A stretch of DNA of 64,000 nucleotides, from contig NW_003314284.1 in the NCBI RefSeq assembly GCF_000143415.4, positions 1,036,693 through 1,100,692 on the forward strand. The letters are read 5' to 3'. Of this stretch, positions 31,407 through 45,390 are shown piece after piece (positions within the stretch are counted from its first letter, which is position 1; the number at the start of each line of letters is the position of its first letter). The DNA comes from Selaginella moellendorffii. Its lineage: Eukaryota; Plantae; Lycopodiophyta. The notes under the pieces are model-generated. The model searched no databases, was not told the origin of the DNA, and saw only the letters and a program-made list of their open reading frames with translations. Made by a program: the position numbers and the translations under genes.

Positions 31407-33236
31407 CTAGGGAAGCTGTGGCTTGGCGGCGATCCACTCCACCGGCAATCTCTGGTACCCTCCCACTGGCCCCGGCACAGTGACCCACTTCACGGCCGTC
31501 CAGTGCCGCAGCGTCGACACCAGCACGCTCCAGTTCCTCCACCGCGCCTCCTCCTCGATCACGCCCCAGCGATTGGCGGTGTCGATCTTGTACAGGATCC
31601 CCAGCTTCACCTGGTGCTGTTGGGGTTTCACGTCGCGCACCACGGCGTGGACGAAATCGCCGGCCACATCGCTCACCTGGATGTTCACAATGTCGCCGCG
31701 TAGCGGCCATGGCGGGACGGATCGCAGCGGCGTCCTGCTCGCGATATCCGGGTCGGAGAGGTTGAAATCCGTGCCTGCAAGATCGAAATATCGAGGTAAG
31801 ACCGTGTTCTTGGATGATCGATCGTCTCCTTGGGCATCAAGGTCTGGATTGAGAGTCGCAGAGTTTAGATGACTTACTGGAGGTCCCTGTGCTGCGATCG
31901 CTGGCATCAAACGCTGCTCGCAAGGTCGTTTCCTTCTTGATACACGCTGTAAAGGCTTTGAGCTCTTCTCGGACTCTCTCATCCGCGGTCTGATGGGTTT
32001 TTTGCTTTGTAGGGATCCTTGGAACATCGATCACGCCTTCCAGCATCTGGAGGACTCGGCTCATCGATGGTCTGTTGGATGGATCCTGCTGGATGCAACA
32101 CAGAGCCGTCTGGATTGCCCGGTTGGCTTGATCCTGGTAAAAGTACTCCACCTCCTCGTTGAGGTGTGTGTCGACGAGCTCCAGTCCCCGTCCCTCGGCT
32201 ACAAGTTTGCTCGCCCATGGCGGTAAGTACCATTCTTCAGAGCTCTTGCTGCTAGAGATTTGGAATGACTCTCTTCCGCAGATTAGCTCCAGGAGAACGA
32301 TGCCAAAGCTGTATACATCGACTTTGGTGGAGACTGGAGCGTTGAAGTTAAGCCATTCGGGAGCGAGGTAGCCCGGAGTTCCACGCATGTTGGTCACGAC
32401 CCTGGCCTTGTCTCGATCCACCAGCTTTGACAGTCCGAAATCGGTGACCTGTGTAAGACACTTTAGCTTCCTTTTTCTTTCTGAGAAAGCTGGAACCATT
32501 TAATTCCAGAAGCTTTGCTGTTCCAGGGAGATGGAAGAGCAAGCGACGTTACCTTTGGAGAAAAGTTCTCGTCTAAGAGTATGTTCTCGGGCTTGATGTC
32601 CAAATGAATTATCTGCTGTGTGCATTCTTCGTGCAGATAAGTTAAGCCTCGGGCCATTCCCAGCGCAATCTCGTACCGCTTTGGCCAGTCCAGCAGTCGC
32701 TCCTTTCCTGGAGTTTCACAGGACAGAGGTAATTCATTCGCATTACGATCGATCACCTTTAGCTCCCTAGTCGGCAAAGAAATAGAGAGGCAAATATCCC
32801 AGAACAGCAAGGAGTTCCACTCACCTGGCTCCGCAAACAACCATTTGTCGAGCGAGCCATTCACCATGAATTCGTAGATGAGGATCCTGCGAGAAGTGCA
32901 GTAGCCTTTGAAGGGAATGACATTCTTGTGATGGATCCCCGCCATGGAAATCACCTCCGCTTTGAATTCCTTCTCTCCCTGAGTGGACCATTCCTTGAGA
33001 ACCTTGACAGCCACTCTGCTCCCGTCCTTGAGAAATCCTTCGTACACCTGGCCGAATCCCCCATTCCCGAGCTTGGTACTAAAGTTCTTCGTCATGCTTC
33101 GTATCTGGCTGTAGGAGAACTTCTTCGGGAGGAGCTGTGGGAGAAAATCGGACTTGCTCTTCCTAGTGAACCACATCGTTGAAAGGGAGGCAAAGCCGAA
33201 GAGGAGGATGAGGAGGATGAGGAGTGGAAAGAACGC
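31407..33236 (-). CDS. Receptor-like Ser/Thr kinase (SD-2-like kinase domain) with extra C-terminal domain; 5' end uncertain
   Basis: TM segment, then LGNGGFG, VAVK, HLDIKPEN (non-RD), DFG and GTPGYLAPEW. Introns 32824-32708, 32552-32449, 31877-31775. Confidence 0.88.
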
Positions 33237-33802
33237 TGTTGCATCAAAGAAACACAACGCACTTTTGTCTCCACTATAGAGCGAGCCACCCCTTCCAGGT
33301 TTGTTCGTGAAAGTTTACTGATTTAAAAGCTAGAACGATTGGCTCGCTAAAAGCTTGAGAAGAGAATCATTGTGTTCCTTTCGTTGCAGCAACCGAATCG
33401 CTTGCGCAGATAAAATCTCAGCGAGCGAAGCCAGAAAAAACGAAGAAAAAATCCCAGAGTCCTGCGCGAGCAAGCAACGCGAGAGCTTGTATTTTTGCTT
33501 AAATCCGCCAACCAATGCCAGCAACTTAAAAACATAGATTTGTCACTTTGCCTTCTTCTTCACGTGGGGTAGCATGACTGGGCCCTTAAACCTGATTAAA
33601 GTGGATATTAAGTTTCATCCTATCCGGTTGCTTGAGCATATTCCCCTGTCAGAGAGAAATATCTATCGTACGCCTGGCGGGCAGCCACGTCGAAGGGCAC
33701 GGAAGCGCCATCTGTGGAAATATTTCTAGGGTTCTTGGGCCGAGCAGCTCGCCGATCGACAGGATGGATCGCGGATCGTGAGGTTGCGCGCGCTTGCCAG
33801 TG

Positions 33803-36304
33803 ATGTATAGCCGGGTCAGCAGCGGTGGCTCGCGCGGCGGCCCGGGCAGTGGGAATGGAGCTGGGGCGGTGGTGAAGCTGGACCAGGTGCCGTGCTGGAG
33901 CGATGTCGAGCAGCGCAGCAGTGGGGGGGACGGATTGGACGATGCCGCGCAGAGGAATTTTGACCCGCTGTCCGGGAGCAGTGGCCAGAAGGTCTCCAAG
34001 TTTGGGATTGATCACAGCATCAACGGGAAGCTGTATATCTGGAAAGGTGTTCCCTGGAACCTGGAAGTCGATGCGGTGGTGAATTCTACTAACGAGGCAA
34101 GTTTGAGTTTTGTGGTTTCATCTCCGTGCTCACGAGCTTGAATTGTGATGTTCTAGAATTTAGATGAAGCTCATAGCAGTCCTGGACTACATGCTGCTGC
34201 TGGACCGGGGCTTGCGGAGGAGTGCTCGAGTCTGGTAAGATTTCCATCTATCTTTGCATTTTGTTTCCGGATTAGTGAAACATTTGGAGCGAGTTTTATC
34301 AGGGTGGCTGCAGAACTGGAATGGCGAAGATCACCAGCGCGTATGATTTACCCGCTAGGTACTTGGAAATCACATCATTTTGTGCATGATCATAGTACGC
34401 TTTTTCTCTAGGCGTGTCATTCACACTGTGGGTCCTCGATACGCTGTGAAGTATCACACAGCTGCTGAAAATGCCCTGAGTCATTGCTATAGGTCTTGTC
34501 TTGAGCTCCTAATCGAGCACGACCTTGAAAGGTAAGTTTGTTATCTCAAACCTCACTGTTTGAGTTTTTTCTTTTTTGTTCTTAGCATTGCGATGGGCTG
34601 TATTTATTCTGAAACCAAAGGCTACCCCCGTGAACCTGCTGCGCATGTTGCAATTCGTAAGCTCGCCTTCGTGGTCAAATATGATCTTAACTTCTGGGGC
34701 CTGAACAGGCACGGTGCGTAGATTTATGGAGAAACACGGGACCAAAATCACCGCTATCGTGTTCTGTATGACAACGTCCACGGATGCAGAGATTTACAGA
34801 AGGTGAAGTATTTCTTCTGATGATTTAAACCGTTTGCTGGTATTTATATTTCCATAGGCTGTTACAGGTTACTTCCACTCTACTTTCCAAGAGATAAGTA
34901 CGAAGAAGATGTTGCAAGCGTGAAGCTTCCTGCTGACGTTGGAGACGAGAACGGAGAAACGATTATAACCGAGCGCAAGATTAGGATCTCTGCGCTGCCT
35001 TCATCCGAATGGGCTCCAAGCTCGCTAGAAAATGGCATCAATAACTATCGAGCAGTAGCAGTTAAAAGGTTCTATCATTTCTTTACTCGTTTGAAGTTTA
35101 ATGTGCTCTTCTGTGCACAGGAACGAATCGTTGGACGCACTGGTCGACCCTGCGTTTATGTCCATGACGAAGGATCCCGATCAGAGAAGGCAGGAACAGT
35201 GGGAGAAAATAGCACAGGCTCAAGGAGGCTGGGCGTGGATGAAATGGATGGGATTGGGATCACTTAACACTGCACCATTGTCGCTTTCGGAAGAGAATGC
35301 AATCCATGCCCGTTATCTGGCGAGAGCAAACGTGATCAATCTCACTGAGGTAGCAGAAATGAAGATTATGTAAGGCACCAGTAAGAGCTCTATCTAGAAC
35401 AGCAACGCTGATACAACGGGTATGACATGCAGATACCGTGCTGGTGTGGACGCGGATGGCAAGCCAGTGATTGTCGTTGTAGGAGCGCATTTTCTACTTC
35501 GGTGTCTCGATCTAGAGCGGTTTATTCTCTACGTTGTCAAGGTAAGCGCACAAATAACTTTTTATTCTCGCTGTTACGAGCTCTTGTAAATTTTTCGCAG
35601 GAGTTTGAGCCTGTCATCCAAAGGTCATACACGATAGTTTATATTCACTCCGCGGCGTCTCTACAAGCGTGAGCAGCGTCGGCAAGCGTTCTTTGCGTCA
35701 CTAATAATTGTAAATGATGCCTCCAGGGTGCCGGATTTAGGATGGATAAAGCGAATCCAGCAAATTCTGGGCCGCAGGCATAAGCGCAATCTCAATGTAT
35801 GTTCTGCTATGCTTTCATTCTTCTCAGCTGGTAATTATGATACCATCTACGTCTTCTTGCAGGCAATTTATGTCCTGCATCCTACAGTAGGATTGAAGAC
35901 AGCGATTTTAGCGTTGCAGCTGTTAGTCGATCAAGAGGTAAAAAAAAAAAGCGATTTTTCACATCATCATCGAGTAAATAATGCCTGTTCTTGTTGTTTT
36001 GCCCCTTTCAGGTATGGAAAAAGGTTGTTTATGTGGAGCGGTTGCTAGATCTTTTTCAGTTTGTTCCACGCGACCAGTTGACCATCCCAGATTTCGTGTT
36101 CCAGTAAGATAATTTTTTCTCTTTCTCTCGCTGCTGCTTTGCAATTTTATCTTCCTTTGTCTGGCATGGAAACTTATCCGATCGAAACCCCGCAGGCATG
36201 ATCTGGAAGTAAATGGCGAGAAGGGATTGGGCGCTGATCAGAAGCCGAGGACGATCGCGAATCGAAGCAGGCAAATTGCAGCGGCGGCAGCAACTGGAAG
36301 ATGA
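33803..36304 (+). CDS. Macro domain + CRAL-TRIO protein (GDAP2-like)
   Basis: WNLEVDAVVNSTNE, GCRTGMAKIT.AYDLPA, VIHTVGP.Y, then GVDADGKPV.VVVGAHF and IYVLHPT..LKTA. Many short introns, including GC-AG. Confidence 0.93.
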
Positions 36305-37670
36305 TAGCGCGCTCGTCCAAAGCCGAGAAAAAGATAAGGAACTTCTATCCGCTATTCTTAATTTTCTTAACGTGGTGGTGGTGTTCGTGCTCGTCGTCGT
36401 GTATACAAAAGAGAAAAAAAAGAGAATCGCAAGTATTTTTTATTGTTGTTCCTGTACGTCATTCTTTGGACATTATTGTTATCTCTCTACGCACGCGATA
36501 TTCGTATGCCGTATCACCACGCGTATTTCCTCCTCGGTAAAAAATATACTGGATGGCAAATGGGTGGCCATTATGGGGATAGGGAACGGATGGATGATGG
36601 GGATCAACCCCGCGCTCCCATTGGGCGTTCCCTGGTGACGTGGCGGAGATAACATGCCAGGTCAGCGCACGGGGGCATATTCTTCCCAACCGTTAGATGG
36701 GGAATATCCCCGCGAATAATCTCGCGGCGGCCGGTTGATAAGAGTCGGTCAAACATTGCAAGCGCGCAGGGAAGTACGCGTGGAGGATGTACTTTGGCCG
36801 TTAATAAATTTCTAGCGATTGCAAAGTTACCGCGGTTAATAATAGCGACTGGATTGATCGATCGATCTCTTGGTTTCATAATAAGAATAGGGCTGGGGGT
36901 GGATCTAATGGTGGCCTTTTTTTCTAAATTTCAGTTCATTAGCTCTCAAACAGAAAGGGGTTTTCTTTTACATTTCTCGTTTTAGTTTCGTTTTTCTTTT
37001 TTTCTTTTCTTTTTTTTGGAGAGGGAAGTGAGTGTGAAAATCTTTGAAGCGAGCAAAGGAAGCGCCCTTGCCTCGTTTTAGGGTTCTTGAGCGAGCGCGC
37101 GCGCGCGCGCCCGGGCCAGCGATCCGAGATATCCGCTGCAGCGCGATTCAACCGGTCGCGACGCGATCGATCGGTGGAGCGTGTGTTTGTTTTGGTTCCA
37201 TTCTTCCATCGGACGAGGGAAGAGGGGGATTTTCTTGCGCAGGCCCAATCCGTTTGGCCGTGGGCGGGGCTAGGGTTTTTCAATCGCGGGCCTAGAATGC
37301 AAGGCGGCGGCATGGAGCAGCGCAACCGGCATTGGCATGAGCGGGCGATCTTGTGAGGAGCGCGGCGCCGAGAAATGTGATACTCTCCTCTTCTAAATGC
37401 CCGGCATAGATCAAGGAGCAGCGGGCGAGCGACGGGATTTCTTTCTCCTCTCCGGCGATTCTTCGCTCTAGCAAGAAGAGGAAGGAGGAAGCTTTCTTTT
37501 TCTCCTTCTTGTTCTTCCTCCTCGATTGGCAGCGCGGCGCTACATCCAAATATTTCGCGCTCGCGCTTCTTCTTCGTCTTGGCGGCGGCAAAGGGAAATA
37601 TTTCGCGCTGGAAGGCTACGATAAGCAGCGGTGGAGAGGGGAAGGCGACCTCCTGAGATCACTCTACGGC

Positions 37671-39443
37671 ATGGAAGGGAGGGAGCCCCCATCTGGGCTC
37701 TCGCCCTCCAATCTCCAGCAGCACCAGCAGCACCAGCAGCACCACTCCATGGCCGCCGCGCAGCAAGCTCCATCCTTCTCCGCCATTCTCCAGCGCGGCC
37801 CGATTCCTCCCGGCATTCACCACCTCTCATCGCCCACCGGCTTGCATGCTTCATCGGGGCTCCGCCCGGCCTCCATCGCCAGCCCTAATCCCTCCGGGCA
37901 AGCGCCCGGTGGCTATCCTGGCGATGGCATGGCTCTCGTACCACAGCAGCTCGGCGGTGGCGGCGGCGGCGGTGGTGGTGGTGGCGGCGCCGGAGGCGGT
38001 GGCGGCGGCGGGGTGATGGGCGGCGGCGTTGTGGGTAGCGTCCGGCCTGGGGAGCCTGTCAAGAGGAAGCGGGGGAGGCCCAGGAAGTATGGAGACGGTG
38101 CCAGTGGCAGCAGCAGTGTGTCGCTCGCGCTCACGCCTCTCTCCTCGGTCAGCCCGATATCATCGGTCACTACTACTCCCACAGAGAAAAGGAGAGGCCG
38201 GCCTCCCGGCTCTGGGAAAAAGCAGCAACTTGCAGCTCTTGGTACGTTCGTTGCTCTATCCATCCTATCCCTCTTCTTTTTCTTGCATTTCTTTTACTAG
38301 TTTTCTCTGTTCATTGTCGTATAGTTTTGATACATATACGGCTTGGTCTATAACACCCGGCATTACTTACAGGCTCCGCTGGACAAGGCTTCACTCCTCA
38401 CGTCATCACGATCGCTGCTGGAGAGGTGAGAAAAAAAAGGAAGAAGATATCTCTCTCTCTATCCGAAATCTAAGCTTGACTTTTTTTTATTTTTTTCGTT
38501 TTTTCTTTTTGCTCCAGGATGTTGCCACCAAAATCATGTCTTTCTCGCAAACTGGACCCCGGGCAGTCTGTGTTCTGTCCGCCAACGGTGCCATTTCAAA
38601 TGTTACGCTTCGTCAACCGGCTACTTCTGGTGGCACTGTGACGTACGAGGTGAGTGAGCTACTTCGCTGTTCATCTCTCGCTTGTTTTGCGATTGCCAAT
38701 TCCGAAGTTCCAAATTGGGAGGTGTTGCAGGGTCGTTTCGAGATCCTCTCCCTGTCAGGATCTTTCCTCCTCACCGAAAGCGGGGGCACGCGAAGCAGAA
38801 CAGGCGGTCTGAGCGTGTCCCTGGCCGGACCAGATGGACGCGTCGTTGGCGGTGGAGTCGCCGGGCTTCTCATGGCTGCCACTCCCGTTCAGGTTAGTAG
38901 TAGTTCTCTCTCATTTAATGGCGGCTACTGCTCCCTGTGTGCTGTGTGTGCTTAAAGAGGCTTGAACCTGATGGATATGGATAGCTGTTTCTTTTCTTTC
39001 TCATTGCTCTCGCTCTCGCTCTCTCTCTCTCTCTCTCTGCCTTTCTCACTCCCTTGCAGGTGGTTGTAGGGAGCTTCATTGCGGACACGCGCAAGTCTGT
39101 GCCATTGCGGGCCATGGACAGCCCGCAGGGCGCCTCCGCCTCCGGATCCATGCAGAGGCCAACCAAGAACGAGTCAGGGGCGAGGAGCCCGGATAGTCCT
39201 CACATGGAACAGCAGAGCAGCGGCGCTGGTGGTGGTCCTGGTGGTGGCGGTGGTGGTGGCGGTGGCGGTGGCGGTGGTGGAGGCGTCGGTGGTGGAGGCA
39301 GCCTGTTGCAGCACTCGCAGCACTCACAGCACTCACAGCACTCGGTCCAGGGGATGGGCAGCTTAGGAGGATGGTCGAGTAGCCAGACGCTCGCGGAGCC
39401 GCGGCGTGACACAGATATCAACATACCGCTGCCGAACGGGTGA
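37671..39443 (+). CDS. AT-hook motif nuclear-localized (AHL) protein with PPC domain
   Basis: KRKRGRPRKY and RRGRPPGS hooks; FTPHVI, SANGAISNVTLRQ and GRFEILSLSGS; poly-Gly tracts. Confidence 0.95.
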
Positions 39444-40666
39444 TTGGATTGGGGGACTGGGAACACAGGGGCAGGGGGGCCTGCGCTGGGGGGCTGTTCC
39501 TTCTCCTCCGGAAGAGCGCAAGGCAAGCGCACGCAGTGGTCTAATTCTCTCTGACAATTGGTTTGCGGGACTGTTTTTTTAGAGAAGACAATAGCTTGGC
39601 TGGACACAAACACACAGACACACACACAACGAAACTTACGAACTTAACGATCGAAGAAGAAGAAGGCATGGAAGATTATATATTCTTTTTCTCCTTTTTA
39701 ACTTCGCAGTGAATCAAGCGGCAGCAGTGGTAGGAAAGGGAAACAAACTTGCGGTATCATTTCTCCATGGAGGTTATATGCATATGCTTGGAAAGCAAAA
39801 GAGCAGTGCGTTGTACTCCACGAATCTTCTCTCTTTTTGGCTTTAATCTGGTTTCTCCAGTTTGTTTTTTTTATTGCGGCATTTAAGTAGTGTATCCATT
39901 CGCTCTTAATCCTTTTCTTTGTCCTCGTGTTTACTCTTGACGAGCCTATGGCTCGAGCGAGATCACTGGAGAGAATGGATACAAAAGAGTAAGGCCATAC
40001 AATCGTTAAAGAGCAAGCAAACTAAACTGGCCCACGTACTGTGACTGGGAAAGGAAAGAAAGAGATGCGTAAGCTAGTGTGTGCTTGGAATGAGAGAACC
40101 TGGCGCGAAGAGCAAGCACGTCTTGATATTTGTTTTTGTCGAGATCTCGCCAGGAAGAAGCACAGAGTTGCAGCAGAGGCGCGGGCCTCCATTTCCCTGC
40201 TGGGCCGCCGTGGAGCCGAAAATGGGGTCGTCGTTTCGACGCTTTTTTCGTCTGCGGCGGGCCTTTGTCCTTGTGTGCGCAGCCGCGGCCAGTGCTTGTG
40301 GTGTGCTTGATTTTGATTGAGCCAGCCTCCTCCTCCTCCTCCTCCCCCCCTCTCTCGTCACATTTATAGTGTGTGAGAGTCAGGGCTCTCATCTTTACTC
40401 AGCCAGCACCCCTCCAAACTGGCATTTTTTCTGTTTTGCTCTGCGGCCAACTTCGAAACTAATCAAATGGATTGTGACCTGGTACAGAGGCACGGAATTG
40501 TTAGGCGATAATCCATCTTCGCTGATAACCACGTACCTTAGTCTAAGCGAGAAAATTGTGTTGCGTCAAAGTCTGGAGGCGAGAGAAACGCTGTTAGAAG
40601 AACAAACAAAACATCTTCGACGGAGAAAAGAGCTACTGCTTACCAGGAAACCAAGAGAGGAAAAGC

Positions 40667-42774
40667 TCATTTGCCTCTCCACAGCTTGTGGACTTGGACG
40701 CCAACGTAGAACAAGGAGGAGCAGACGAAGAGGAAATCGAACTGGTGCGCGAATCTCGACACTCTCCCCAGGTTGATGACGAGAAACCGCATGAACGGTC
40801 GCCTTCTCTCCTGTCGCCGTATGTATGCGGTGGACGACGCCTCTTGAATGCGTCTCGCGAAGATGAGGCACGCCACCTTGCTCCTGAAGGCCCTCTTGGC
40901 GTGCTTCTGTTTCTTCTGCCCCGTCTTGGTCCGTTGCAGCAGCCTGGGAATGCCTTCCCCCGGCCCCGTTTGAGAGGTCCCTACGCGAGTCTTCACGTAA
41001 TGGCGATAATGCCGCTCCTGCGGCTCCTGCTCCGACGACGACGACGACGACTCATCGCTCACCTCCTCGAGTGTGTCCATCATGCACAGCGACTTCCTCT
41101 TCACGGGCACCGAGCTGGAGCTGGAGGAGCTTTTACTGTACAACTGCATGTTGAGCGACGCTGTGCACACCTCCACCTTGGAACCGTTTGGCTTTTGCAG
41201 CGTGGCAGAGGCCGCAGCGATCTCGGTGGACTGGATCGCAAAGACGTTGTCGATGTAGCTCAAAAGGCTGTGGCCCTTCACAACGTCGACGTTGATCGCG
41301 CCCAAGTGGAAGTTGAGGTGGTGCCTGACCGTCCAGCAATCCTGATCGACATACTCCACGGCGCTTTTGTCGGGATCCAGAAGTACCATCTTCCCGGCAA
41401 AGTAGTATCCATATCCTGACTGGTGCGACAGTGCAAGCGCCAGAGCTCGGTGAAGTACGATCCGCAACAGGCCAGGGAACCACGCTATGGCTTGCGCACA
41501 GACTGTGAAGATCCTCACTTTGTAGTTCTTACGCCGCATTACAAGTTGGCCTGCCATAAACGCCAGGTTGCCGAGATGCATGACTTCCTGGAGAGGACCA
41601 GCTTGCAAGCCTGCCCACATTGAGTAGATCATGTAAGCCACTGGCATCACCTTGGGCACGATGTCGTCACGAGAAACAATGTGCACAAAGTGGCGCTTGT
41701 AGTTCACGTTGATGTGCCTCGCGAGGCTGTAGTCGGCGAAGAACGGACACCCGAACGTATAACACTGGAGCTGTACAAGGACAAGACACAAAGTGTGTGA
41801 GGCAGCAGCAGGAGAGTATCGTTGAAAGAGAACAAAAAGACCGGCAGGAACAACAGGCAGACGAGTAGAAAACGGACAAGCGAAGGAGAAAAGCAAAAAG
41901 TGTAAGGACTATCCACACAGGATACAGTAACAAAAAGAAGAAGTGACGTGTCGAAACTACGAAAAACGAGAAGAAACAAGCTAAGAGCCATTGATCATAC
42001 AAAACCAAAACCACGAAGTAGAAACTAAGACCCAACGGAAGAAAGATTGATAAAACAAAACCACATCGAAAAAACGAATGGAAACAAGCTAAAGAACCAT
42101 TGATCAAACAAAACCGAAACCACGAAGCAGAAAATAAGACCCAACGAAGATCAAACAAAACCGCGAAAAGAAACAAGCTAAGCAACGATTGATCACAAAA
42201 ACCACTTAGTAGAAAACCAAGAACCACCAAAGAAAAAAAAAAGAGAAACTTTGGCAGAGTAGAGTACCTGTTGGTGACACCATCGTCCGGTGGCCTCCAG
42301 CAGACGCAATCCCAGCAGCGAGGCGACAGCGCCACCCAAGGAATGCCCGGCCAGCACCAAGTTCTCGCCTCGAATAAGCAACCTCCGGAAGTAGTCCAGT
42401 GGAATAGTCTTGGCCCTGTCCAAAAACCCAGCATGCGCGGCGCCGGGGCCGAGGCTGAGCGTGCGATGGATAAACTTGAGATCCGTGAGCGCGTCGCTCA
42501 CATCGAACGTACCCCGGAACGCTGCAATGACGTGCTTCCCGGTCAAGCTCCTCACCACGACGAGCGTCTGCCGGCAATTCTCAAACCCGGCTTCCCGCAG
42601 CTCCTCCTCGGGCACGAACTCGTACTGCGCGGAGGGAGGGAGGCCATACGCCTCGTTCATTGCACGAAGCTCCTCCTCAGGGTCCTTGCTATAGACCGCG
42701 GCAGAGAGAATGATAGCATCGATCAGCCATAGCGGGTGCTTGTCGTCCTTGATGATCTTCCCCAAGGAAGACAT
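40667..42774 (-). CDS. Class 3 lipase family protein
   Basis: AFRGT, HAGF, GHSLGGAVA, YTFGCP, DDIVP and GHSL..Y. One ~500-bp intron (~41770-42268) and a C-terminal hydrophobic segment. Confidence 0.9.
41965..42230. repeat. Degenerate ~100-bp tandem repeat in the lipase intron
   Basis: GAAACAAGCTAA...ATTGATCA..AAAACC recurs three times. Confidence 0.75.
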
Positions 42775-43153
42775 CGCCTGCCACCGACCTGAATCCCCTC
42801 TCGATCAAATCTATCCCGAAATCTATCGCTCACCGCCTAGACTGCCGCATTCTTCCAGCGCCAGCAGCGAATGGACGAGAAAGAGCCCTGGAATCCGAGA
42901 ATGCTGTCCCCAGAGATAAAATCTCGCGGGAGGAGCCCTAAAATATATACCTCTGGTAAAAGTCCTTCCATCTCACCATACACGTGGGGCCCAAAGAGCT
43001 ATCCTCGTGGCGATCGTCATATCCGCAACGTGGCAAGATTGTACTGGCAATAGATTCCCAAATCTTTTGACCAAACGATGTAAAAATATTTGCTCCAATC
43101 AATCAATACAATGCTTATCTTCTTCTCGCGCTTTCTGAATAGTAATTTGTTTT

Positions 43154-45038
43154 CTACACCGACGATCTCTTGTCCTTGAATCCAAACCATTTTTTCTTTG
43201 ATTTCTCCTTTCCAGTAGTGGTGGTGTCTTTGTCTGTGTCTTTATCCTTTTCTCGCGCTGGCGATGCCGTGGCCGACGACGAGTTCTCGTCCTTGCCATT
43301 GCTTTCTTCCATGTTCACTTTGTGGCTCGATGCTCCGTGCTTCTTGGAAGTCGAGAACGAAGCGTGGATTTTGTCGCGGTTCTTCAGGAGAATGTCAACC
43401 TGCGCGTTGATCGCTCGTCAGAGGAAAAAACTCTGCAGGAACTATGGAAACTTACAGCGCTTTTTTCAGCCCCATACTTTTGCGTTACTGCGGTAAATCT
43501 GTTCAAAGCCTGCACAAAGGAACGTAATCTAAGCGCGAGCCAACCACAAAAACAAAGAGCTACCTCGCGGTACTCGGCTTCAAAATCGCGTAGCTCGTTC
43601 CTTTTCACCATTATCTGGTCCTCGATTTCCTGGAGTTGCACTGCGTTCTCTTTAAACGAATCGGCGCAAACTGCCTCGATGGTGTAACTGGCACTCTTGA
43701 AAAAATTGTCACCTGCATGCACGAGGGATTCACGAACCCGAAAGTGACGAGAAAAGGCACATCAGCCTACCATACACGGCAAAAACGTGTGAACCGGCTC
43801 TCAATCCCAAAACTTCGCATGGTTGAAGCCCTTCCAATCTCCTGAAGAATGCAGTATCAGGATCCCTTGCCATTGCCAACTAATAAAAAGAGTGCGTGCA
43901 TTAAGTACAAGAAAAGGAAAGAAAGCAAGCTACGTACCGCATTCATTGTTGTATCCAATCTGTACACTTGGAAATGAAGAAAATACATGCCAGCGGATGT
44001 CACCTTGCCAGTCTTTGTGCTATCTTCCTGAAACGATACAAATGAACATTGCAAATTGCTAAGAAAAACTTCAAAAGACCTGAAGAGCCAGGCCGAGGCC
44101 CCCGTTCTCCTCCGGCTCAAAATACAAAAGCTACGCAAAGTAAAGTTAGTGCTGGAAATTTAAAATCCACGAACAAGCACCTTAAACTTGCTTTGAGCTG
44201 TGGAATAGACACGAACAACAAGTCCCGACGCGGCTTGGGCATCCGTGAGATACACACCGTAAAAGTGTGCTCCTTGCTTCTCCACCTGGATATGAGCTCG
44301 TGTCAACAATCATCTTCGGGAACGACAGAAATATACCTTGTCATGAACAGCTTGGCCGAGAGAAAGCGGTCTGATTTGAACCGATTCATTGAGCGCTTCC
44401 TCCAAAACAGTCGGTGAGATCGACGTCTTGATCGGGACGCCCAACTTGCTGCAAGAAAACGAACGAAAGAAACAACCAAATTCAAAATCCCCACCACCTC
44501 AAAGCTGATACTTTTTTTTCCACAATCCAGGACGGCACACACCTGAAAATCGCAGCAAACATGGTGTTGACAGTTCCCAGATTCGACAAGTCCACCTCAA
44601 GCCCGTCAAGCTCCACGGCCTGTAGCGATAATGTTAGAAAGCTAGACTTTCAACCTTGCAATAGAAAAAAAACACCAAAGAGAAGAAGTCGTAGCTAGTG
44701 AAAATTCTCACCTGGAAACCGGCAGCGTCATACTGGCGCCTCTTCTCAACGTCCGAGAGTATGCTGTAAGAGAAGGCTACTTCCTTGAAGAGCTCCGCGG
44801 CCTCTGGATTATCAGCGTTCTTATCTGGATGGAGCCTGTGTCACGGATGGAAGAGCTAAGGAAAGATCAAAACATAAAGAAGCAAACCAGAGGCAAGAAC
44901 TTACTTGAGAGCCATCTTCCGGTACGCGGCCTTAATCTGCTGATCCGTGGCATTTCTTGGGACGCCGAGAACATCGTATGGATCCCTGTGATCCCCCTCC
45001 TTGGATTTGCTGCTGCGAGGCCCCTTGACGTCGCCCAT
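43154..45038 (-). CDS. ARG1-like DnaJ protein
   Basis: [20 protein letters not shown]|HPDKN J-domain; [13 protein letters not shown]; [14 protein letters not shown]; coiled coil; KKKWF C-terminus. Confidence 0.92.
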
Positions 45039-45390
45039 CCTCGCCTCCGCTCGCCCGCCTAGCAAAATTCCCCCGCCATAGCCCTAGAAAGGAGGAAAAT
45101 ACCCTAGGAAAGCGTGCTGGAGCTAGATCTGTGCTTGGAAATCCTTTGCCGGCTGCGCTACCTGGATGATTGGAGAGCGCGTCGTTCGCTCCGCCTCCTC
45201 GCCGCCAGTGGCGGCCACAGCAACGGAGGAAAACTCCACGCAGCGCCAGTGCTTTTGTTCTTCCCTTGGAATGCACGGCACGGACAGCCGTCCGATCCAA
45301 CTACCGCTACCCGTCCGATCCACGGGCGCGGATATGCTACAAATGCCTGATTTTAGGGTTCTTCGTGGTCTCGAGCGATGAATTCGTTCG

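Noticed and set aside
41667-42434. 255-aa Phe/Leu-rich ORF resembling a membrane protein
   Set aside because: Largely the T-rich repeat-containing intron of the lipase gene.
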